Virus record (IMG/VR): IMGVR_UViG_3300017987_000005
Coordinates: 41,157-105,156 of that record
From: a virus
Reading direction: 5' to 3' (one strand)
Length of the DNA stretch: 64,000 nucleotides
This document shows positions 44,267 through 55,048 of this stretch, piece by piece. The notes under the pieces are model-generated. The model worked only from the letters and a program-made list of their open reading frames with translations, was not told the origin of the DNA and did no database searches. A program made the position numbers and the translations under genes. Positions within the stretch are counted from its first letter, which is position 1. Every line of letters begins with the position of its first letter.

Positions 44267-44632
44267 TCATGGCGTACCTCCTCCGGAGCCAGAATGAATA
44301 GCATATATAAGTGAGCCGATAGCAATCAGCATCATAATAGCATTGATTATAATTCCCATCCAGTCACGTCCAGTTTGCTTCTCCGCAGCTTTTTCTTCGG
44401 CACGCTTCTGTGCGCACGCAGAATTATGCGCAGAAATCATAATATCAAACGCCTCGTTAGCGACTTCCCTAAAAACCTTCTCCTCACTTCTCGATAATTC
44501 ACGGTTCTTCAGGATTTCGTAAACAATCTCTTTAATTTCACGGCGAACATCCTCTGGTTTACGTCCCATAAAATGACAATCATACGGGGGTAGTACGCGA
44601 GTTGGCCCACCTTCATTGGGAACGTCACTCAT
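44267..44632 (-). CDS. C-terminal TM protein (holin/XhlA-like?)
   Basis: helical N-terminus, TM GIIINAIMMLIAIGSLIYAI. Confidence 0.6.
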   Translation of the reverse strand: MSDVPNEGGPTRVLPPYDCHFMGRKPEDVRREIKEIVYEILKNRELSRSEEKVFREVANEAFDIMISAHNSACAQKRAEEKAAEKQTGRDWMGIIINAIMMLIAIGSLIYAIHSGSGGGTP

Positions 44633-45084
44633 TTGCTCCTCCCATTAGAGATAGCCTTCTTCATAAACACGGTCTCAGAAATTACGGTAGCTCCCGAAAC
44701 TCCGTTACCGTTGAATACTTTCATCGGATTACGCTTAACAACATCCATCATCAACACAGTTGCGTAATCTTCGTGGTAAAATTCCATGCTGTCATGCGCC
44801 AAAAGAAACATCCGTCCGGCATAGGCGTTCCGAAGAAGGTTCTCACTAATGGATATACTCATCATCCCCGCACCTAAACTGAAATCAATCATTACGACTT
44901 CAAAATCCTTATGATGCTTAACAAGTTCCTGCCAGCGGTCTGAAGTGAACCAGTAGCACTTCAACCCGATAGATTCAAAAGATTTCTGAAGCTCTTTGTA
45001 ATCACTATCGTTATTCCCGATAAAGGCTACTTTACGTTCTTCAATCTTCGTAGGCGGCGGAGTCTTCTTCTTAAATGCAAACAT
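44629..45084 (-). CDS. CheY-like receiver domain protein
   Basis: KVAFIGNND, DFEVVMIDFSL, MFLLAH resemble receiver beta1, beta3 (Asp) and beta4. Confidence 0.6.
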   Translation of the reverse strand: MFAFKKKTPPPTKIEERKVAFIGNNDSDYKELQKSFESIGLKCYWFTSDRWQELVKHHKDFEVVMIDFSLGAGMMSISISENLLRNAYAGRMFLLAHDSMEFYHEDYATVLMMDVVKRNPMKVFNGNGVSGATVISETVFMKKAISNGRSK

Positions 45085-45101
45085 ATACCGAGTCCTGACA
45101 A

Positions 45102-45887
45102 TTAAGGAGCAAATTGAATATCAATACGAACCTCACCCAAATCCCCGCCATTCGCTATAACAGTCGATATGCAAGTTTCAGGAACAGAAGTAAGCATGAC
45201 AGCAGCTTCTCCGTTCACCAGGTCCACTTGGAGGTCGGAGAGCTTTCCGCGAGTACATTCCAGTGTAATTGTATCATTATCTTCAGCAGCGGTCTTATAC
45301 GCTCCTGAGCGGTCTTTTTTCTTAAGGGTTATCGTGCAATAACTCGTTCCATCAGCAGTGATATCCGGAACTCCGTCAACGGGGCTGGCAGTATCAGTTG
45401 CATCAGTGCTGATTTCCAACAAACATTGAGCGAGAAGTCCTTCCCTTGTTAGCTGAGAATTCCCTGAACCGCACGTCATTCCCATCTTCCCCATAGTTAT
45501 CGCGTAATTTATGGAAGGGATAGCTTTGGTTATAGCGGCATCGAGAACACTCTGTACGAGTCTTTTAACGTAAAACTCAGTAGTAGCTCCGTCGCCAGCG
45601 AGAATAAATCCGTGGGCATCGCGTACAACTACCCCGTCAGCAGGCGGAGAGTCAAAGACTATTTTTGTCTTAGGAGCAATAGAATCCCCGTCGCACCCCT
45701 TAAAATTGCACGATTCGACAACAGTATCCCAAGTGCAATTATTGAACTGGCAAACAACAAAGCTAATAGCTTCTATAATATCACCGCCAGCAGTTTCTTC
45801 AAAAGTGCAGTTAGTGAATATACTCCCAGCTATATCCCCCTGTAAATCATCTACAGTGAGTGTAGCATCAGTAAAAGTAGTTCCCAT
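45102..45887 (-). CDS. structural protein with C-terminal Big-1/invasin-like Ig domain; paralogue of 61864..62703
   Basis: DITADGTSYCTITLKKKD.SG...TRGKLS...NGEA.V.LTS. Confidence 0.7.
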   Translation of the reverse strand: MGTTFTDATLTVDDLQGDIAGSIFTNCTFEETAGGDIIEAISFVVCQFNNCTWDTVVESCNFKGCDGDSIAPKTKIVFDSPPADGVVVRDAHGFILAGDGATTEFYVKRLVQSVLDAAITKAIPSINYAITMGKMGMTCGSGNSQLTREGLLAQCLLEISTDATDTASPVDGVPDITADGTSYCTITLKKKDRSGAYKTAAEDNDTITLECTRGKLSDLQVDLVNGEAAVMLTSVPETCISTVIANGGDLGEVRIDIQFAP

Positions 45888-45907
45888 ATATATGTTCCTT
45901 CAAAAAC

Positions 45908-48900
45908 TTAAAGTTCGTTACTCGCATTCGTACGTCTGGTATAACTTCCAGTCCATCCCGTTACATTGGTGTACGTACATCCGGAATATGCGTCTGCGAT
46001 GGCGGCAGATGTACTATTATATGCGCCAAGCGAGGACTGAGTATCAGTACACCCCACGCAATTCTGAGCATTGTGGAACCCATACCCATCATTGACATTG
46101 GATTGACAAGCTGCTATCCTGGCGCACTGATGGTACCCGTGCGAATTATTATCTGTAGCTTGACATCCTGACATGCGCGCACACGCATAAAATCCGCACC
46201 CGGCTTCTCCGCTGGACTGTGCATTTCCTTCCGCTTTACATGCACTCAATTGATAACAGGTCTGAAATCCGTGCAAGTCATTGTACTCAGCATAGCATGC
46301 GGATAACTGGTCACAAAGGTAGAACCCGGTCCCTTTCGACGTATCTCCGTCATTATCTGTGAAATCAGCTCCACAAGATGATAACTGATAACATTCACGA
46401 AAACCGTAATCAACAGCGTTGTAAGAATAACAATCAGTCAGATAATAACACTGATAAAATCCTGCTTCGAAGCCCGAAGAATGTACGCGACATCCATTAA
46501 GGTGCCTGCAATCCTCGAAACCACATCCAGAAGCGCTTCCAGAATAAGCATTGGTCACATGGTCACACCCATTAAAATCGTAAGCCCCTGTCGCATTATA
46601 CGACGTGACATTAGTCAGATACGTACAGTTTATAAAACCATGCTCTGCTCCCTCAACTTCTACATTAGATACGCGACTACAAGTTGAAAACGCTATCTCA
46701 TTCCCGTTGCCGTACACATATGCGTTACTTACTCGTGAGCATCCGTTGAAAGCAGAACTCGTACACTGTATAGCTATGCATCCAGATAAATTATAGAGCT
46801 GTTGGAACCCAATCGCTGCTTCACCGACCCAACAGTCGATTACTTTGGTCCCGTAATTTCCATAGTTCCCCTGGAATCCTATTCCGGCAGTTCCGTCCCC
46901 GGAAAATGTACACATGACGACTCGAGCTGCACCATTGAGGTCAAACCCGTCTGCTCCCGACCCAGTGACTCTGTCAATAGTCATTCCAACGACAGTACTT
47001 CCACCTTGAAGAGCAAAAACGCCGCTGGACCCAACGGGTCTCTTCATTACTACAGACGGCTCGCATAATACATACTGAACAGTACTTTGAGTTATTCCGG
47101 CTCCAGTAACTTCGTAGGTACCGGTCTTCACAAATACGCTTTTGTATGACCCGCTCTCCAGCGCAGCTCGCAATGCATCGCCAGCAAGAATATCAGTCGC
47201 ATAATCTGCGCGGTCAACAACAACGTCAAACTGTCTTACCTGCGTAATATCTATTCCCGAACTTACGGGAAATCCAGAAGCATTAGTAAGGACAACTTCA
47301 TCAACAGCAGTAAATCCAGTAAGCGGATTATGGTCAGCAGCATCATCAAAACTATGAAGTCTGTCATGATGGTCATCCTCTGTAATACTGAGCAAATCGG
47401 CATGAGACACTTGATTCGGGTCACCAGCACTATGGTCATGTGCTCCATACGTAGTTATCTGCGCATCGAGATTCGCATCAACCTCATCAATTGCTGACTG
47501 CACTTCAGTCGCAGAAAGTCCGGAAGTCGAGTTATCATAACTGACATCAGAAGCAGTCTCAACTTCGACAGCAAACTGCCATACCCAGTTACCGGATATA
47601 TTTTTATAGAATCCGGCAGGGTTCGGCGGCGCATCATCGTCAACTTTACGGGCAATATACCACGCACTCGGCGGAGTTCCCGCAGGAACTTGAGGCCATC
47701 CTCCAACTGAATCGACGGGAATATTATCTCCAGGCGTACTGTAATTAGCATACTCCGCAGAACCGAGAATATTAAATGCTGTAATTGCTGCTCCGAACGC
47801 AAGCGGAAGATTAGTAACCATGGCATTTGTAATCGTATCGTCGCCGGCTATACGCTCAATTTCAGCGAGCTTTATTACATAATGCAGGTTCCCATCCACA
47901 TCCTCGTAACGATAATGCTGTCCGACAACATCAATCTCAGAAAGCCAATCTCCATTCAGCGCAATGTCCTCGCGAACATAGATTTCCTGAATTACCTGTT
48001 CACGAATTTGAGCTTCGGTCGATGTTGACAGCGGATGAAGAAGATTCGGGTCTTCTTCTGCATTTATTTGGTCAAGGTATACATTCAAATATACTGCGTC
48101 AGCGCGCGTCGCTCCGTCATACGAATCATACAACGTACCATCAGCAGTCGCACTCGGGATAGCTTCAGCTACTTCCACATCAGTCTCATCATCGCCGACA
48201 TCATACGTCGCAGTAACGACAGTATATGTCCCGTCATTCCCGGTACTACCGGCAATACTTATCGAACGCCCCGCTACAAAACGCGAAGCCCAGTCCCCAC
48301 TGATATGAAACAGCTTGCTTCCCTGTGTCACGTTAACGACAGTTTCCCCAATAGGGTCAGTCAACCTAATAACATAGCGGTCATATACATCAATAACACT
48401 CGAGTAACTCCCTGCTACGGTTATTGAGGTCGCGGTATTCGATACAATATCAATAGGCGTCAGCGTCCCGTTCAGAATATGAATCTGTCGTCCTTTGAAT
48501 TCATCGACCTTATATTTCTGCGCCGAATCATGTATTATCGTATTACCGCCAGTCTCTTCAACTTCAGTAACGCGTGGGAATATCGACCTTGCTGATTCCG
48601 GTTCCGCTTCATTCGGAGGCGCAGGGAACGTCGCATCAGGCTTATACTCCACATCCCCGAATAACGCACAACGAAGTCCTTCAAGAAGGAACGCCCCGCC
48701 AAGAGAGCCATCATCAATATCAGCTCCCTCAAGTGCTCCGCCCTGCTCACTTCCGGCAACAACAAAGTTATTAACGTTATCGCTCGTACGGTGATAACCT
48801 CCCCCTGGAGTCCCGTCAGCTTCGACAATCCGGAATCCATCATTAATGTATCCGTCACCGAGCCCGAGCTGTAGCGTCCTCTGGACATACGTGCTTAGCG

Positions 48901-49021
48901 ATTCGGTCGCATCATTCTCGTCAGCGTCTACCCAGGGGACACCCTGCTGAACTATCGCACGGCGATATCTTTTCTTTTCGTCGTAAATATCACGACTTAT
49001 ATTAGCATCAGGTGCGCCCAT
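45908..49021 (-). CDS. tail fibre/tailspike with DUF6519-like N-terminus and Cys-rich beta-helix
   Basis: SRDIYDEKKRY..AIVQQG.P.VDAD.ND; C-terminal GFxxCxxLxxCxA repeats. Confidence 0.75.
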   Translation of the reverse strand: MGAPDANISRDIYDEKKRYRRAIVQQGVPWVDADENDATESLSTYVQRTLQLGLGDGYINDGFRIVEADGTPGGGYHRTSDNVNNFVVAGSEQGGALEGADIDDGSLGGAFLLEGLRCALFGDVEYKPDATFPAPPNEAEPESARSIFPRVTEVEETGGNTIIHDSAQKYKVDEFKGRQIHILNGTLTPIDIVSNTATSITVAGSYSSVIDVYDRYVIRLTDPIGETVVNVTQGSKLFHISGDWASRFVAGRSISIAGSTGNDGTYTVVTATYDVGDDETDVEVAEAIPSATADGTLYDSYDGATRADAVYLNVYLDQINAEEDPNLLHPLSTSTEAQIREQVIQEIYVREDIALNGDWLSEIDVVGQHYRYEDVDGNLHYVIKLAEIERIAGDDTITNAMVTNLPLAFGAAITAFNILGSAEYANYSTPGDNIPVDSVGGWPQVPAGTPPSAWYIARKVDDDAPPNPAGFYKNISGNWVWQFAVEVETASDVSYDNSTSGLSATEVQSAIDEVDANLDAQITTYGAHDHSAGDPNQVSHADLLSITEDDHHDRLHSFDDAADHNPLTGFTAVDEVVLTNASGFPVSSGIDITQVRQFDVVVDRADYATDILAGDALRAALESGSYKSVFVKTGTYEVTGAGITQSTVQYVLCEPSVVMKRPVGSSGVFALQGGSTVVGMTIDRVTGSGADGFDLNGAARVVMCTFSGDGTAGIGFQGNYGNYGTKVIDCWVGEAAIGFQQLYNLSGCIAIQCTSSAFNGCSRVSNAYVYGNGNEIAFSTCSRVSNVEVEGAEHGFINCTYLTNVTSYNATGAYDFNGCDHVTNAYSGSASGCGFEDCRHLNGCRVHSSGFEAGFYQCYYLTDCYSYNAVDYGFRECYQLSSCGADFTDNDGDTSKGTGFYLCDQLSACYAEYNDLHGFQTCYQLSACKAEGNAQSSGEAGCGFYACARMSGCQATDNNSHGYHQCARIAACQSNVNDGYGFHNAQNCVGCTDTQSSLGAYNSTSAAIADAYSGCTYTNVTGWTGSYTRRTNASNEL

Positions 49022-49034
49022 TATCTATTCTCCT

Positions 49035-49439
49035 TTATGACTTTGTAACTTCTATTTTTTCAAGCTTATCTTCTTCGATATACGAATCAATTTTATCCTG
49101 CATCCGGGACAATACTCCATCGCGCTTTTCCTCAAGTTCGGAAATAACTACTTCCGAATTTTCCGCCCCGTCTTCTTCAGGGGTACGCGGCATTTCACGC
49201 TTACGAAATATATTTTTTCTGATATCCTTTAATTCGGCTGCATCGGATTCAAAAGACTCGACTATACTTTTCGTGGAACGCGTCTTAAACTTATAAAAAG
49301 AAAAAGCAGCGTTATATGTCATATCATTAACAACTATACGAACGCCATCTTCGTCAAAAGAAATATCAGACTCTTTAACATCAGACTGTGTTCCAATATT
49401 TCCAATATCGGGATTAAAGCATAAAATCTTCATATTCAT
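49035..49439 (-). CDS. hypothetical protein between tailspikes
   Basis: 134 aa, SD AAGGA. Confidence 0.6.
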   Translation of the reverse strand: MNMKILCFNPDIGNIGTQSDVKESDISFDEDGVRIVVNDMTYNAAFSFYKFKTRSTKSIVESFESDAAELKDIRKNIFRKREMPRTPEEDGAENSEVVISELEEKRDGVLSRMQDKIDSYIEEDKLEKIEVTKS

Positions 49440-49444
49440 TTCCT

Positions 49445-52400
49445 TTATATATTATCATGAGAGCGAACCCAAGTACCGGTAGTGCTCCCGCCAATATAAT
49501 TATCAGTAAGGTGGCTCCCACCTCCGGAAACATTCCCTAGTATACTATTATTCGATACGTTACACCCGATACTGCTCCCATTACCTACCACATTGTCTAA
49601 CTGGTTTCCAACTATGTGGGCATAAACACTCGACGTAACTGTAATATCCCCAATTATCTGGTTTCCAGACGCCTCTCTTACACTAATAATATCTCCGGTT
49701 ACATAAGAGCCGGTTATCTTAACTGAAGCCCCTATTATATCTCCATCTATATAACATGTGGATAAATGCGAAGTGTCAATATATAAAGGCACAGCACCCA
49801 TGTTGCGGAAATAGCAGAGAGACATATAATTAACGTTCCACACAAACACGCCATTACCGGTTCCCGAATCTGTAAAACCTGTCCCCGTAGTCCAGCACAG
49901 ACAATTAGACAACCTCGACTGATTAGACAAGTTGAAAATATGCAAACGAATATTATTACCCGTCCACGCATTTCCGCAATTTAAGGTCATAGTTACGTTA
50001 GATATAGCTCCTCTGTAACTTTGAGTAATAAAATGCATAACCTTACTACTAGTACTCCAGGTCTCTCCCATAAGATTCGCATAAAATTTAATTCCAGTAA
50101 TAGTGCAGTCCTGCCCTTGCTTTATAACGTGAGTACCTGATTCGACAGGGTTATAGTCGGTAACATGAAAAGAAGACGCAAATATATGAGAATTATCTCC
50201 TTGTTCAATCCAATGATAATCCCCTGCCTGTAGACAATAATCCCCAAACAGGCGGGCTTCGGTAGCACTGAACTGAGAATTATCTCCTTGAGTCAACTGA
50301 TGGAATCTGTTTCCGTCGCCAACAAGAATGCACCTGCCCCCATCCCCCTGAATAATATCAATGCTCGTATTATACAAGAAAGCATTCTCAATAGTCCCAC
50401 TATTCCCCTGAGTAATAGTTATGGGATTATCTACCCTACAGTTAATAATTTTACCTTCACTCAACTGAGTAACAGCTCCCCCAAGCTCTCCGCAGTTAGA
50501 TATAACTCCCCGCTCACCCATCGAAACTACTCCGAGACCTCCGTTGCAGTCCGTTATAATACAATCATTACCCGCAGTAATATCGACGCGCGTCCCGCCT
50601 TTAATATTCGAAATATAAGCGTTGTTATCAACAACTATCCTGCAATCATCGAAAAGCTCGATATTAGTAATCGTGGCAGCATTTCCAGCATTAATGAGAG
50701 TCATATTAATTCCGCCAGCACTCCCGTCGAGATACATATCTTCGAAATGAGAGCCGTAAGAATCGCAATCAAATATGATGTCGCTGTTATGGTCCCAGTC
50801 TCCAAGGTCTCCAAGATTAATACCAAAAACTCTAAATTGATAATTGCACGCAATAGCTGTCTGTATTGACTGCCCTGCATTCTTATTGAAATTAACATTA
50901 GTAACCTGTCTTCCATAACTGGTTATAGTCACATAATGACTTCCGAAATCCCAAGCTACGGCTTGATTGGGGCAACTTAAATTGTAACTTCCCGGCATAA
51001 ATGTAATCTGATGTCTTGTCCCGCTCCCGGAAGCAACTATAGCATCTACAATAGCTTGCCACTCGGTAATTCCGTCTCCGGGCTCCATAGTATACTGAAT
51101 TACATTATTATCAATAGCGTCACTCAATTCTGATAATACGGCATCGACATTACTCGGAGATGTAATGTGATTATCCGTCCCTCCGCTTACGTTAGTGTAC
51201 GCAATTTCACTCGCGTCATCACTTGCCGCAGCGATGGTATCCATCCCGGCACTTATCTCTGACAGGACGGTATCTAAATCAGCAGGCGAACTAATCCACG
51301 TATCCAGCCCCGAACTCTGGTTCGTATAGTTGACATCAGAAGCATCTTCAACTTCCACGTTATACAAGTATACCCAGCTACCTGCGGTATTTCCGTAAAA
51401 CCCGGCTGGGTTCGCATTGTCGTCCTCTTTCCGCGCAATATAAACAGCATTAGAAGGATATCCTTCCGGAACTTCAGGCCATCCGTTTACACTATGTACG
51501 GGGATATTATCCGGGTCAGTCGTATGGTCAGCATATTCAGCAGAACCCATCAACAGGAACGGCGAGTTTGTAAGTCCGAACGCAAATTCCCCCTGAAGAT
51601 TTGTAATCATCGAGTTTCGAATATTCGCATTATCAACATGACCAGCACCAGCACGCTCAATCGAAGCGAGCTTAACTACATAATGAAGATTCCCGTCAGC
51701 ATCCGTATAACGATACTGACCATCGACGTCGTCAAGCTCGTTAATCCAGTCGCCATGTGTCCCGATATCCTCGCGTACAAATATCTCCTGGATTACCTGC
51801 TCACGAATCTTGCATTCAACTGCTCCTCCGATAGCGTGATACAACGAAGGGTCTTCCTGAGCATTTATCTGGTCAAGATACATATTAAGGTATACTCCGT
51901 CCTCACGTGTTCCTGGGTCTGCGATTGTCGGCGCAGTGAGTGTGATGACATATCGGTCATACCTGTTTATACTAGATGAATGACTTCCGGCAAACGTAAT
52001 CTCGGTAGCAGTGTTCGCAGTAATGGCTTGAGGAGCAAGTCCACTTCCCAATACGTGAATACTACGACCTACCAGCTCATTTACTTTATACTGCTGTGCG
52101 GTATCCACTACAGTAGTATTCCCACCGCCTTCGTTAACATCCTCTACTCTCGGGAAAATAGACTGGGCTGATATTGGTTCGGGGTTCCCCGGAGGGTCGG
52201 GGAAAGAATCGTCAGGTTTATACTCAACGTCCCCAAAAAGAACGGCTCGCAATCCCTCAAGCATAAACGCACCGGTCAGGTACGGGTCATCAATGTCCTC
52301 TCCGGCATGCGCACTCAGGTCACTACCAGCAACTACAAAATTGTCTGCGGGGTCACTTGAACGGTGCCCTGAACTGTCAGCCTCAACGATTTTGAATCCA

Positions 52401-52582
52401 TCATTAATCCATCCATCGCCGAGTGCCTGCTGCATGATTCTCTGTGTATATGTTGCGAGCGACTTACTAGCGTCATTCTCATCAGCGTCTACCAGAGGAA
52501 CTCCCTGCTGAGCAACGGCTCTGCGGTACCGCTTCCTTTCGTCGAAAATGTCTCGACTGATATTAGCGTCGGGTGCTCCCAT
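49445..52582 (-). CDS. tail fibre/tailspike, paralogue of 45908..49021 with different beta-helix C-terminus
   Basis: near-identical N-terminal ~480 aa; G/N/I-rich parallel beta-helix. Confidence 0.75.
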   Translation of the reverse strand: MGAPDANISRDIFDERKRYRRAVAQQGVPLVDADENDASKSLATYTQRIMQQALGDGWINDGFKIVEADSSGHRSSDPADNFVVAGSDLSAHAGEDIDDPYLTGAFMLEGLRAVLFGDVEYKPDDSFPDPPGNPEPISAQSIFPRVEDVNEGGGNTTVVDTAQQYKVNELVGRSIHVLGSGLAPQAITANTATEITFAGSHSSSINRYDRYVITLTAPTIADPGTREDGVYLNMYLDQINAQEDPSLYHAIGGAVECKIREQVIQEIFVREDIGTHGDWINELDDVDGQYRYTDADGNLHYVVKLASIERAGAGHVDNANIRNSMITNLQGEFAFGLTNSPFLLMGSAEYADHTTDPDNIPVHSVNGWPEVPEGYPSNAVYIARKEDDNANPAGFYGNTAGSWVYLYNVEVEDASDVNYTNQSSGLDTWISSPADLDTVLSEISAGMDTIAAASDDASEIAYTNVSGGTDNHITSPSNVDAVLSELSDAIDNNVIQYTMEPGDGITEWQAIVDAIVASGSGTRHQITFMPGSYNLSCPNQAVAWDFGSHYVTITSYGRQVTNVNFNKNAGQSIQTAIACNYQFRVFGINLGDLGDWDHNSDIIFDCDSYGSHFEDMYLDGSAGGINMTLINAGNAATITNIELFDDCRIVVDNNAYISNIKGGTRVDITAGNDCIITDCNGGLGVVSMGERGVISNCGELGGAVTQLSEGKIINCRVDNPITITQGNSGTIENAFLYNTSIDIIQGDGGRCILVGDGNRFHQLTQGDNSQFSATEARLFGDYCLQAGDYHWIEQGDNSHIFASSFHVTDYNPVESGTHVIKQGQDCTITGIKFYANLMGETWSTSSKVMHFITQSYRGAISNVTMTLNCGNAWTGNNIRLHIFNLSNQSRLSNCLCWTTGTGFTDSGTGNGVFVWNVNYMSLCYFRNMGAVPLYIDTSHLSTCYIDGDIIGASVKITGSYVTGDIISVREASGNQIIGDITVTSSVYAHIVGNQLDNVVGNGSSIGCNVSNNSILGNVSGGGSHLTDNYIGGSTTGTWVRSHDNI

Positions 52583-52608
52583 TATAACTTCTCCTCATAA
52601 AATATCGT

Positions 52609-53205
52609 TTATGTATTGACGACAATATTAAACTGAATGAAACGTTCCAGTTTTACATTGTCCTCTTTTCTTATCCTACTGTGACGTATCGTATTAACGA
52701 TATGTCCGCTATCGAGTCCGGTCGTAGCGTCACCGCCAAAAATCCCCTGTTCACGAATCCACTCACCATTGGCTTCACTGAAGTCAAATGTCGTCTTTAT
52801 GCGGATTCGATTTGTAATCGTAAGCGTCGGGTTCCCGGTTCCGTCAATATATTCAATCAGGTCCGGGGCTTTTCTGAAATACTCATCGAGCAATGTCGTG
52901 TTCGACTTATCGGGCGAAGGCGGAGTCGGGGACGTATCCCAAGCAGAATTTCCACGACTAAGCGCATGATACAGAATACCGCCAGTAAACGTCGTCTCAT
53001 TCTTCAGAAGTCCGGCGATAAGATTGGCGACACTATCCATAATGGTATTGTGAACTTTCTCAGTCTCGGTAATTATGATGCTACCGTCATCCTGGAGGGT
53101 GTGTATTTTATCCCACCAAATACCCTCCATCCCCACGCTGACGACTTCAATCTTACGCCGCTCGCGCTTGATGATAGGTTTTCTATCTACTACTGGATAT
53201 CTCAT
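52609..53205 (-). CDS. tail/baseplate protein (tail-collar/fibre N-terminal-like)
   Basis: HNTI....G...W...P....T.L..E..RK...FDFSEANG..IRE.GIFGGDA. Confidence 0.65.
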   Translation of the reverse strand: MRYPVVDRKPIIKRERRKIEVVSVGMEGIWWDKIHTLQDDGSIIITETEKVHNTIMDSVANLIAGLLKNETTFTGGILYHALSRGNSAWDTSPTPPSPDKSNTTLLDEYFRKAPDLIEYIDGTGNPTLTITNRIRIKTTFDFSEANGEWIREQGIFGGDATTGLDSGHIVNTIRHSRIRKEDNVKLERFIQFNIVVNT

Positions 53206-53218
53206 TACTCACTCCTTA

Positions 53219-53698
53219 TTATATAACATATGTTGAGTCTATAAATAATTCGACTGCCAAGTTCCCGACAACTCCGTATTCAATGCTGGCATCATGTGAA
53301 GAATTAACATACATATTAATCTCACCTTCATACTCATACTGGTCTCCAGGAACATCGGGACATCCGGATGGAGCGGTACCATAGATAGTCACTTCAAAAG
53401 TCTCTGTATCTTCAAGCACTCCTGTTCTTGACAACTGAATTTCAGCATAATAGATGCCGAGCCTATCAAAATCTCCGTCCTTCACAAGATAAATACACTC
53501 ACCCTTATCAGCATCGTGTATTCGGCATTCGCCGTCAAGATATACTTCGGAACTCCCAGGTACCCACATCAAAAACTTGGCATCATATCCCGTCAAGTCT
53601 TTCGGTTCCTGCGTGTCCGCTTCTGTTATCTTGAATAATATATTGAACCCAAAATTATTGAGTTTGTATCTCTTTTTGTGTCGTATGACTTCTGCCAT
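53219..53698 (-). CDS. BppU N-terminal-like baseplate protein
   Basis: P.DLTGY.AKF...G.C.Y....GDFD..GIYYAEIQL. Confidence 0.7.
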   Translation of the reverse strand: MAEVIRHKKRYKLNNFGFNILFKITEADTQEPKDLTGYDAKFLMWVPGSSEVYLDGECRIHDADKGECIYLVKDGDFDRLGIYYAEIQLSRTGVLEDTETFEVTIYGTAPSGCPDVPGDQYEYEGEINMYVNSSHDASIEYGVVGNLAVELFIDSTYVI

Positions 53699-55048
53699 TT
53701 AACTCACCTCTAATTCTATATATTTACTCGGAACTTCCAGCTCGACAACGTCTGCAATCACCTGCAAATCAGAACGGTACTCAGATTTAAGTCCCATTAC
53801 AATCTCAAGCTGACCAACGTGCCCTCTTTCAAAAACGATTGATGACGCTTCAGGCAGCAGGCTCATTCCAATCGAACCAACATACGATTCCTCATGCTCA
53901 TGCTTGTAATAATCAGAAGCAGGAGTAAGCGATAACGCAAGATTCCCGGCATACACCATTTCAGCTATAGCGGCAGATTCCGGCGTAAGCGTTACTCCAA
54001 GGTCCCCCTCGTATACATACTCGAGACTTGAATCGCTGTCCGGAGTCAATTCAAGGGGTATGTTTCCAACATATTCGAATTTGTTATCCGTCTTAAAATA
54101 CGAAGATGCCGGCAATAAATCTAGTTCGATATCTCCATTATATATAAATGTCTGCTCGGATTTTTCTGTGTGCGAATTCGGGATAAAGCTGAATCCGAGG
54201 TTACCTTCAAAAACGTGCGTGAAGGATGCCTCAGACTCCGGAAGCAGTGATAGCTGCACGTTACCGGAATACGTCCACTCACGCACGTACTCTGATGCAA
54301 GCGCAAGCTCCAGCGGAATATTTCCGGCATAATCTTCTCCTGCGTCCTGCTTCTGATACAAACTATCCGGAGTAAGCAGTACGTCAACATCTCCGGCATA
54401 CGAGTGCGTTCTGTTACGCTCAGATGACGGGGTCAGATTGAACCCCATGTCTCCTTCAAAAGTAAATACGTTATGGTAGCTGGAGTCAGAATCCGGGAGG
54501 AGGTCAACCTCCAGGTCTCCGGTACGTACCCATTCCCGATTCCTCTCCGACGAGGGGGTCAAGGTCACACCGATATCTCCAGCATACGCAAAGAGCTGGT
54601 CATAGTGGTCATAGACGCTGTGCGGCGTCAGCGATAATCCAATATTCCCCTCAACAACAAACTCGCGTACACGGGTTGATGATGGCGTCAGGGATACATC
54701 TAAAGAACCCCCATACACGTAATCCCGAACAACTTCGGATTCGGGCATCAAATGTATATAAAGCTCTCCGTTATACTCCCATTCCTGCTGAACTTCTTCA
54801 TATATAGAATCCGGAGTAAGCGTGACGACTGTTCCCGATATCCCGCTAATAGCATTATGTATCTGATAATATTTCTTATAAGGACTTCCCGGATACTGTG
54901 GGATTATCATATCGATTCCGAGAGTTCCGGTATAGTCCCCCCTGACCATCCCTGGTTTCATCTCGACGGTCAGGTTACCGACAATAGGAGTTATACTCCC
55001 CTTATTGACAGCAGATACAGACTCTTCGTTACCGATAAATACAGGCAT
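53699..55048 (-). CDS. beta-rich repeat structural protein
   Basis: about 17-19 repeats of [YF]xG[ND][IL]x[LV]xLxPxS. Confidence 0.7.
   Translation of the reverse strand: MPVFIGNEESVSAVNKGSITPIVGNLTVEMKPGMVRGDYTGTLGIDMIIPQYPGSPYKKYYQIHNAISGISGTVVTLTPDSIYEEVQQEWEYNGELYIHLMPESEVVRDYVYGGSLDVSLTPSSTRVREFVVEGNIGLSLTPHSVYDHYDQLFAYAGDIGVTLTPSSERNREWVRTGDLEVDLLPDSDSSYHNVFTFEGDMGFNLTPSSERNRTHSYAGDVDVLLTPDSLYQKQDAGEDYAGNIPLELALASEYVREWTYSGNVQLSLLPESEASFTHVFEGNLGFSFIPNSHTEKSEQTFIYNGDIELDLLPASSYFKTDNKFEYVGNIPLELTPDSDSSLEYVYEGDLGVTLTPESAAIAEMVYAGNLALSLTPASDYYKHEHEESYVGSIGMSLLPEASSIVFERGHVGQLEIVMGLKSEYRSDLQVIADVVELEVPSKYIELEVS

Noticed and set aside
45908-52582. Extracellular contractile injection system (eCIS) locus suggested by DUF6519-like N-termini
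   Set aside because: The surrounding recombination, early-gene and promoter architecture is that of a complete lytic-type phage.
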